From Octopus sinensis (Eukaryota): 64,000 bases of DNA. The notes under the pieces were generated by a model, which saw only the letters and a program-made list of their open reading frames with translations, had not been told where the DNA came from and made no database searches. The stretch is from assembly GCF_006345805.1 (NCBI RefSeq), contig NC_043003.1:65906001-65970000 (forward strand). The letters are read 5' to 3'. The position numbers and the translations under genes were made by a program. Shown here piece by piece: positions 54,786 through 64,000 of this stretch (positions within the stretch are counted from its first letter, which is position 1; each line of letters starts with the position of its first letter).

Positions 54786-55752
54786 TTCATTCCTTTTTTA
54801 TCTTTTGTTAGCGAGTTTGTTGGTGTGAATTCCAGTTTGAAACTTATATCGTTGTATCGTTGAAAGGTCATTACGCCAACAATAAAAACAGTCACTGGTT
54901 CTCTTTCAAGTCGTTTATTATTATTGTTCCACTATTTAGCAGTTTACCCAATAAAATTGATTGTTTGTTTGATTAATCACTCGGTCAATTAATCGATTAA
55001 AATGTTAAAATATTAACTAGTGGACTAATAATTGAAAAAAAAAACAAAATAGAAAAAAACAGAAAATAGAAAAAAGTGAAAGACAAACATTGAGTGTGTC
55101 TATTATTTGCATAACGACCCTACCGAGATACAACAGTGCATTTATATACATACATGCATACATGCACACACACACACACATGTATATCTTAGAGTTTATA
55201 CGTTTAGTAAATCAGTGCAGTTCACTCTTCTGTTATACAACTATTTCACTATTAGTCAGGAACTCTTCATTTCTCGATTTTATTCTTAGTGCTTAATATC
55301 GTTGTGAAGTTTTGTTATATCAATTCGTATTAGATGTGTTTGGCAATGTATTTATATATTCATTAATGTTTAGATCATATGAATTTGGAAACTTCGAGTC
55401 AATGTGAACTAATTCATATTTAACGGGGAAACGTAAAGTAGATAAAGCTATGCAAAGATAGCATTGAGGGTAGAAAAAGTCAAAGGCTGCCAGTTCTTTC
55501 GAAGATTCTTAACTCTATTACGTAGAGAATGTAGAACGTTCGTTGGTAATAAGAAACCTGAAATGGAAGAAATGACTGTCTTATTAACAGAAGATTTAGG
55601 TTCGTGTTCCATGTGCCTATTTTCGGTTGTTTCAATGCAAACTGTGTCTTTTTTTTTGACCCAGTAACTACATGCTTCTATCTATCACTTTATCGACTAC
55701 GTATTTCACCGTTAAAAGCAGATTAATTCATTAGTCTATTTGAAATTGCTTT

Positions 55753-55995
55753 GAGTCAAAAAGTAACGCCATTTTGTTTAGGACAGGTATAATTACCAAC
55801 ACAGAAACTTGTATCATGCATCAAAAAGAAGCTGGTCTTCTGTGGATCACATCCCTACTGCTCAACGTAGTCACCGTTTCTCTCGATAGCAATGTTTCAC
55901 CTTCGAATGAGAGCATGTATCTCTGCCCCGTTAAAATTCTGCTGACTGTCTTTTGAGTCATTTCTTCACTATAGTTTTCACTTCCTCATCACTGG
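55753..55995 (-). mobile_element. Mariner 3' fragment with truncated TIR (right arm of the inverted duplication)
   Basis: Reverse complement of 53099-53340. Confidence 0.85.
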
Positions 55996-56011
55996 ACTAT
56001 CATCCTTACTC

Positions 56012-56314
56012 GACTATCATCTCTTCGACCCCATGAAAGAGGATTTGAGAGGTAAACATTATTCCAGTGATGAGGAAGTGAAAACTGTAGTGAAGAAGTG
56101 GATCAAAAGGCAGTCAAAATAATTTTACGAGGCAGGGATAAATGCTCTCATTCGAAGGCGTAACATTGCTATTCAGAGAAACGGTGACTATGTTGAGCAG
56201 AAGAGATGTGATCCACAGAGGACCAGCTTCATTTTGATGTATGATACATGTTCCTGTGTTGGTAATTATACCTGTCCTAAACAAGATAGCGTTACTTTTT
56301 GACTCACCCTCGTA
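56012..56314 (+). mobile_element. Tc1/mariner transposon 3' end (transposase C-terminus with a stop, right TIR, TA)
   Basis: Translates DYHLFDPMKEDLRGKHYSSDEEVKTVVKKWIKRQSK*FYEAGINALIRRRNIAIQRNGDYVEQ, the C-terminus following the mariner SPDLAPSDYHLF motif. Ends gcgttactttttgactcaccctcg-TA. Confidence 0.88.
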
Positions 56315-56465
56315 GAATCATATCTTTAAGTACTTATACGTGATATCGTGTGATGGTGTAAACATCTACCCATAAGTAATTTTAAACTTATTCCCGCATT
56401 TACATATCTGAAATGAAACTTGATCTCCGAATGTGAGTTTGTCGTCTTTCAACGAGTCTACTTGT

Positions 56466-56499
<34 letters not shown>

Positions 56500-57754
56500 C
56501 AGCGCGTGCGCGTGCGTGTGTGTGTGTCCATGTATGTATGGATGAATGTTCTTCTCTTTCCTATATTAATTTAGAATAAATTTATCTCGATCGGCCACCT
56601 TCTTGGTAGCAAGCCTGTGAAGAAAAGCATTTCCTTTTGTTCATCATCCTTTAGAAGCTCTAGCAGATTTTTACCGTCCTAGATATCTCGATCATATGTA
56701 GTGTATGAATTAGGAATTTGGGCTTTCTCCCCAAAAAACTAAGTTCAACCATACTTTACTCCAGTAGGGTTGGTAGGTATCCTTTTGCTCCAATTATAAT
56801 GAATATCAAGCTGAAAGTGCATCTCGGGTACCAGATTTGCAAACACCTTATCAATTGTCCATAGACGCCCTCTTTCACTTGTCCTCTTTCGAACCATATC
56901 AGTGTCCAGAGAGCATGTATGCACCAATTTATAAATTTTTTTTTTATATGTGTCTGGCGCCACATAAGTTTTTATGCGTGAGTTTCTCTCTGTGTGCCTG
57001 AATTTGTATCTGATTTCTGTTATTATATTTAATTATGTACTTGAATGTATGCATTTGTCCGTTATGTCTAATGTATATTATTTGTCTCACTGTATGTGTA
57101 CTTATAAATGCCCATTTGTATGTCTCTCTACGCATTTGTATATCAATTCTGCTGTTATTTCTGTTTTACTAAACGCAAACTTAACAGGGAGCTGTCGCTT
57201 TTAAATACAGTTGAATCGTTTACTCCATTTTGCAATGGATCTCCTTTACTGTAAATTCTGGATCGTCTAGAAACACGTGAATATGCAAGACTAGAAAAAA
57301 CGTGTCATCTTTATATTAGACTTACAACAGACTTTTGACAATGCTAAACTCTAATTACAGACCACGAGAAGGAAATTAAATATGACCCTGTAATTATATT
57401 TCATTCCACCTAGGATCAGGAATTACCCAAGAATGTGCACGATACCCGTAAAGCACACCAAAAGAAAATAAAAATCAAATAAACAAACAACAGGACGTTA
57501 ATAACGAGCAGACATCATCAGCAACCATGTCTTTATAGGGAATAACATTTAACTTCCCTTCCTAAGTAAGCCCATATTCAAGGTTACAGAACCTAGACAT
57601 TTCTCAGTCACATGAACGAAGACAACTCTCCTTCAAATTGTCATATCCGACCTAGACATGTATTTATTATATTTAAATATTACATTGTCAGTCAATGGTC
57701 GATATTTAGTATTATTGCATAATTTTATGCCTCAGTATTTAGAATGCTTAAGGC

Positions 57755-58037
57755 AGCGCGCTGACAGAATAGCTAACATGCCGGGGAAAGTGCTTATCGA
57801 CATTTCGCCAATCTTTGTGCTCTGAGCTCAAATACCACAAAATTTGAAACAAAGTTTAAAATAAAGTTTAATGTGGTGAACTGGCAGAATGGTTAGCTCT
57901 GGACAAAATAATTAGCGGCATTTTTCCATCCTTAGTTTCTGAGTTCAAATTCAGCCGAGATCGACTTTGTCTTTCATTATTTCGAAATCGATAAAATAAG
58001 TACGATTTGAGTACTGGGCATCAATGTAATCGACTAC
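57755..58037 (+). mobile_element. SINE A copies (head fragment about 57755-57830; copy 57878-58037 interrupted by SINE D)
   Basis: The family A tail resumes after 58325 (tgcctatagtacaaaggaatatt). Confidence 0.7.
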
Positions 58038-58324
58038 TAGTGGAGGTTAGAGCAGCGGACTCCCGGTCGAGGGATCGCGGGTTCGAATCTCAGACCAGGC
58101 GATGTGTGTGTTTTTGAGTGAAACACCTAAGCTCCACGCGGCTCCGGAAGAAGATAATGGCGGACTTCTGCTGACTCATTCGCCACAAATTACTCTCACT
58201 CTTTCCTCCTGCATCTTGCAGCTCACCTGCGACGGACCAGCGTCCCGTCTGGGTGGGGAACCTATACGCCAAGGAAACCAGGAAACCGGCTCCTATGAGC
58301 CAGGCATGGCTTGAGAAGGAACAA
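58038..58324 (+). mobile_element. SINE family D (tRNA-derived, GC-rich body), nested in SINE A
   Basis: B box GGGTTCGAATC; tail gacggaccagcgtcccgtc...gaaaccaggaaaccggc...gagaaggaaca; possible CTACT duplication at the junctions. Confidence 0.7.
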
Positions 58325-59477
58325 TCTACTGCCTATAGTACAAAGGAATATTTAAAATGTTTGTGCGTCTATTAGGTTAGATCTAGGACTGACAGAGAAT
58401 ACTTTGGTCCAGACGGGTTGGTATGTATCCTATTGCTCCAATAATCACGGGTATGAAGCTGAAAGTGTATCCTGGGTATTGGATTTACAAAGTTATTGAT
58501 GATCCCTAGATAACTTCTTTCACTTGTAATTTTCGAACCACATTAGTATACAGAGTGCACGTATGTATATATGAATGTATGTATGTATATATGTACGTAT
58601 GTGTATGAGTACGTGTGTGTGAGTGCGTGTGTGTGAGTATGTGTGTATGTGTGTGTGTGTGTGTGTGTGTGCGTGGGTGTGTGTGTATGTGTATGTGTGT
58701 ATACTAGTAATTTCTAAGTCGAACAAACAAAAATGAATATCTTTCGCTGATGAGATTTAAGAAGATTGAAACCCAACAGTTGCTTTCTCCACGTGGCTTT
58801 AAAAATAAGATCTATTTCATTCGCTGCCTTTTTCCAAAGTATTTATTAGCCGATATCATATCATGTTATAAATGTTTTTTCACTTGCTTGTTTTTCTTTT
58901 ATCTTTATTCCCGACTTGCATAACTTTAATAATCCAATTTTTTCAACTCATACTATCAACCGCATAAGATCGTTCGCCAATTTGTGATATTGTCTTACTA
59001 TGACGCTATTTCTATTTGCATAGATGCCCAATAATGTAAATGTTTATCGGTTAGTAACAGGATAAAATATATGTCTGGCGTAAACGGAAGAGCGCAGTTT
59101 AGTCCACTTACATCATTCATTATGTAAGGCGGTAATTGCAAATTTTCTGACCACTTACACATAAAATCGCAAGTAATTTCATGAATTTGCTTGATATTTT
59201 AGAATAACTAAGCCTAATTATAACTAGCACCTTCATTTTTAATTGCTTTGTCGGTCTCCAGTGTAGCATGAGATAAGATGGGTTCCCAGGTCATCACTGA
59301 GAACAGCTGTGTTGTTATCAATTATGGAGCATTTAGGATTTTAAGGTATGCTGCCCTCACACGTAAATACCATGTCTTCCAAATTTAGTGATTATCTTCC
59401 TGTTACATACTGGTGCTGTTGTCATAAGGGGCTAGCAAAATATCTACAAAGAGATTGATACTGATTGTCCCAATGGT

Positions 59478-59479
<2 letters not shown>

Positions 59480-59523
<44 letters not shown>

Positions 59524-60692
59524 CTGCGTGAGCGCAAGCGCGCCTACATACGTGTAAACACAGACTTGTACACACAAACACACAGATATAAACGTAGGAA
59601 TATATTTAGATATATATACATATAAATAAATAAATATGTAAATATATATATTCATATATATATGTGTGTATATATATATGTACATATATATGTGTGTATA
59701 TGTATATATGTATATATATATATATATATATATGCATATACATATGTATATATGCATATATATATATGTATACATATATGTATATAGATAAATGTACATA
59801 TATATATATATATATATCCATATATGTATATAAACACACACATATATATATACATATATGCACCTATATACATATATACATATATAGAAAATGTACATTT
59901 GTATAAATATATGTATATGTATATATATATATACATATACATATACATATATATATATATCATATACATGCATGTATACACACTTACACGCATATATTTA
60001 TCATGACTATTATTTTCTATGTGAATCATGGTTATTAACAATGGCACATTGATGAATTCAACTAGAATCTATTAATGAGAAATCAAACAATAGCTTAATT
60101 AATTTCACAACATTAATGCAGTATCAGATTATATCTGATAATTGGTAGGAAATGGCTAAACAGAATTAAATACAAAGTGTCAATGAGAATTGATCGTCTG
60201 ACGACAATTTCAAATTAGCGATGTAATCATTAGAACAAAACGATATGTAAATGCAACCGTTTATAAAGTTTAGTATTAGTGAAAGAGAGAAGTCGCTACG
60301 TACAGTTGGACCTCTGAGACGTAGGAGTCAAATCGTATCGACATTGCACGTTGCAGTGTCAAAGAAGAGAGATAATAGATATGGACGCCACAGACATATA
60401 TATGTATATGTATAAATCGAGCTCTATCACTTTCTATTTCTTTATCTGTGTGTGTGTGCATGTGTGTGTGTGCTTGTGTGTGTGTGTGTGTGCGCGTGCG
60501 TATAAACACATTCACATATATCTTTCTATATACATATACGTAACGTGTGTGTGTATGTGTGTGGGTTTGAGTGTGAATGTCTGTCTGTACGTACGTATGT
60601 ATGTATATGTATATATGTATATATGGATGTATGTAATGATAAATAGATAGAGAGATAGAAAGATCGATATATATATATATATATAGAGAGAG

Positions 60693-60756
<64 letters not shown>

Positions 60757-60772
60757 TGATAAATAGATAGAA

Positions 60773-60817
<45 letters not shown>

Positions 60818-60834
60818 CATACAGACAGACAGAC

Positions 60835-60882
<48 letters not shown>

Positions 60883-60895
60883 TGATAGATATATG
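59480..60895. repeat. Compound microsatellites: (CA)n, degenerate (TA/TG)n at 59620-60000, (GATA)n at 60640-60890
   Basis: Direct reading. Confidence 0.97.
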
Positions 60896-60904
60896 TGTAA
60901 TAAT

Positions 60905-61030
60905 ATATTCTTTTCTACTCTAGGCACAAGGACCGAAATTTTTGAGGCGGGGGCTGTCAATTAGATCGACCCAAGTATGCAACTGGTGCTTAATTTATAG
61001 ACACCCGAAAGGATGAAAGGCAAAGTCGAG
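60905..61030 (-). mobile_element. SINE A, 5'-truncated
   Basis: Tail and central domain. Confidence 0.8.
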
Positions 61031-61603
61031 CATGGTTGGAATATGTGATAATATATTTATAAATACATTCACAGCAGAAAACAAAAGAGAGACTGGTCAC
61101 GTGTGATGGTTTTCAAACAACACCATCGATAAGAGAAAAATTAGTGCTCATTTTATGATGCGAGTAAATAGCAGAATATATGTAAAAAAATTTCTTTGGA
61201 CAACATTATATTTTGAATTCTTTCTAGTCACCAGTAAATCGGTCAATATTGGTAACAATTAGTAAACGTTTGTATTACACTATGGTCGGTAGTATAATGC
61301 TCTTATTCGGTTTAACTATACCTGCTATGCATTCTCTAGTTAAACCAATGTGAAGTAAATTAATAAACGATGAAAAAATCTAAGAAGCAGACAACTTTAT
61401 ATTTGCCATTGTAAATCAACGATTCCATCTTCATCAGGATTCATTGCAACGAATGCCATTTACAAGTTATTTGAACCTAACACTAACATTAGAAAATAAA
61501 TTCACGTACATTGATTGTCTTAGTAATAAATAGTGCTTAAGTAGAACAGTTAACTACGTGTTCGCTTCCCTTGAAAAATATTTCCATGATTAGTAGAAAT
61601 GAC

Positions 61604-62008
61604 ACTGCGAACTGGTAGACTTTAGCACTCCAAGCAAAATGCGTAACGGTATTTCGTCTGCGTTACGTTGTGAGTTCAAATTCCGCCGAGGTCGACTTTG
61701 CCTTTCATCCTTTCGGGGTCGATAAATTAAGTACCAGTTACGCACTGGGGTCGATGTAATCGACTTAATACCTATGTCTGTCCTTGTTTGTCCCCTCTGT
61801 GTTTAGCCCCTTGTGGGTAATAAAGAAATAGGTATTTCGTCTGTCTTTACGTCCTAAGTTCAAATTCCGTCGAGATTGACTTTACTTTTCATTCCTTTCG
61901 GTGTCGATAAAATAAATACCAGTCGAGCACTGGGGACGATGTAATGAACTTAACCCACCCCAACTCCTGAACTTGTTGGTCTTGTGCCAAAATTGGAAAC
62001 CAATAATC
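61604..62008 (+). mobile_element. SINE A dimeric form
   Basis: Same two-unit architecture as 5522-5920. Confidence 0.9.
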
Positions 62009-63099
62009 AGTAAAAATAAAGCAGAGTGTAAAGTTTGAAGAAAAATATTTATGGGAAATATATCTCTGTTTTAATTTTAACTTTGTGGTTTGTGTAAAGC
62101 AACATTGCAAAAACAGTTCTATACATAATTGCTATATGTATGAGAACATGAGCCGCAATGCTTGCGTCTCGATTAACAGAGCGCGTGATCCGATATTTAT
62201 TTACCGCTGAAACAATACTGTCGATATAAAAAGAACATCAATAACATTGACTTTGCTAATGGGTATCTTTGATTATTTCACACGAGAAATTTCAGATAAA
62301 TTATCGGCAATCTGTTTGTGTGATATTCTTATTCGCTGCAGAGTAGCTAAATACTATCGGTGAACATACCAATGGAAACATAGTGTACGATATAAAAGTA
62401 CCAAAGGTGAGAGCGTTAGATCAGGCTGTCCCCTCTCTTATAACAAAGAAATGTTTCAAATATGTTGAGATATAAGACACAATATATTTGCTCCTTTAAG
62501 ATTGGGCTTTGTCTACAAACGTTTGGTTCAAAATATATTGCTATTTCTTATCCATTTCTCGCAGGCATTTCCTGCTATCATACAAAATGTATAACTTGTA
62601 CAATAGCACGATAATGTGATAAATGGAGAAATTTAATATACATATATGCGAGTAAGATCCTGATCGGATATAAAATGCCATTTGGAAAGAAGCTCTAAGA
62701 GAAAATGGTAAACCGATATCTTATTTCTGTTAAAATCAGTTGAATCATGAAAGCAAGTGATTTCCGTAACGCTGTTATTCCGTTTAGAGATGCCAAACGG
62801 ACAATACATTTTCTTGTATGATAAGAAAAAAAGTGGCCTGGATTTCTCATTAGAATTTCCTATATGATGGAAATTCTTTCTTAGAATACCGAAAGCACAT
62901 TGCTATGTAATCCTTCTTTGTGTATGTGCCTTGTTATAAAACCTACACATCAAATCTCTTTATTGGTAATCCAGATATTCGGCCTATGTTAATGTCTTTA
63001 TTTCGACACTAAGTTAACATGTCGAGCGTTAGTTTATTTTTATTATCTTAAAAGACAGAGTAGTGATTCAGTGCAAAATAGTGATTTTACAAAATTAAG

Positions 63100-63356
63100 A
63101 TATATATACGTACATATATACATGCATACATACATACACATGAAGAAAGCAAGTGAGAGAGTTGTGTATCTGTGTGTCTGTGCGTGTTTACATATGTATA
63201 TATACAAATACACTTACATATATATATTTCTATTTCTATATACAGACACATTACATACACATACACAAACATGTGTGTATATATATATGTGTGTGTGTGT
63301 GTACCTATGCATATACATATATATACATATGTATGTATATACATATGTATATATAC

Positions 63357-63388
<32 letters not shown>

Positions 63389-63450
63389 TCATATATATAT
63401 GCATGTATACATGTATGTACGTACTATGTAATTATGTATGTAACATACGT
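63100..63450. repeat. Degenerate (TA/CA/TG)n tract
   Basis: Direct reading. Confidence 0.95.
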
Positions 63451-64000
63451 AAAAAATGAAAACTTTTAAAATGTGAAAAAAGGAAAAAAAGACGAGATCA
63501 ACTTTTCGTGTCAACATTATCGTGTTTTAAGTGCTTATGTGTTAAAATATTCTGGAAACTGCTGGTTTAACAGATTTAATGTACTTTCCTTGACAAAGCA
63601 ATCGCATTTATGGATCTGTAGGATGTCTATATAGGCAACAGAATACAACGAATATGAAGTCGTAACATGGCTGCATTTCTGACAAGCAAAGGCTGTTTTA
63701 ATAAATCGGTTCTACTCTTCCATCCGTTCTGATCGCGTGACATGTTTGCCGGGCATTTTCAGTGTCACTAGGCTGTCTACACCATCCAAAATCATTTCTA
63801 TTTTGCTTATTTTAGTTATTGGACTTTGGCCACAATGGGGCACTGTCTTGGAGTGTTTAGTCGAACAAATCTAGTTTTTATGTCTCGTTTTTTTTTTACT
63901 CTTATTTATTCAATTTCAATTTTGTACATTACAGGTGATACACAAAACATAATGCTGCTTAAAATATATTTCCAAAGTGTTCATGCATCTTGTATAATAC

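Larger units (their letters stand above)
53081..56013. repeat. Large inverted duplication: arms 53081-53607 and 55485-56013 (about 527 bp, few mismatches) around a 1877-bp spacer
   Basis: Base-by-base reverse-complement match. Each arm has a mariner 3' fragment plus about 265 bp of non-mariner sequence. Confidence 0.95.
56745..58565 (+). repeat. Old unclassified direct repeat, two copies (about 56745-56925 and 58395-58565)
   Basis: gggttggta(g/t)gtatcct(t/a)ttgctccaat...aagctgaaagtg...ctttcacttgt...ttcgaacca shared, roughly 70% identity by eye. Confidence 0.7.

Noticed and set aside
58747-58785. Plus-strand CUGAUGA...GAAA with a possible stem II and a GUU triplet
   Set aside because: No stem I can form between the upstream CUUUCG and downstream GCUUUC; treated as a chance match.

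Overview
AT-rich, microsatellite- and SINE-dense animal genomic DNA, most consistent with an octopus (coleoid cephalopod). Only one protein-coding segment is supported: a large minus-strand coding exon (46348-47657) of a heparan sulfate glucosamine 3-O-sulfotransferase (HS3ST, Hs3st-B/HS3ST2-3-4-6 type). It ends at a canonical AG|GTAAGT donor, so bases 1-46347 appear to be one intron longer than 46 kb. The rest of the window is repeats: four tRNA-derived SINE families (one forming dimers and a trimer), two DINE-1/Helentron-type elements, mariner 3' ends, a CR1-like LINE 3' end and a dispersed 5.8S rRNA copy. The most interesting signal is a set of unrelated type I hammerhead ribozyme motifs, all on the minus strand and embedded in or next to microsatellites. 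Near-complete ones lie at 1349-1437, 17211-17255 and 52151-52198; decayed ones at 3183-3243, 16817-16852 and 29238-29273. One sits inside a 352-bp unit with a 59-bp terminal direct repeat, resembling a retrozyme or Penelope-like element. Several long fold-back palindromes are also present, two centred on apparent hammerhead half-sites, plus a 527-bp inverted duplication. All calls were made by eye; repeat boundaries are approximate and family names are from recall, not database searches.
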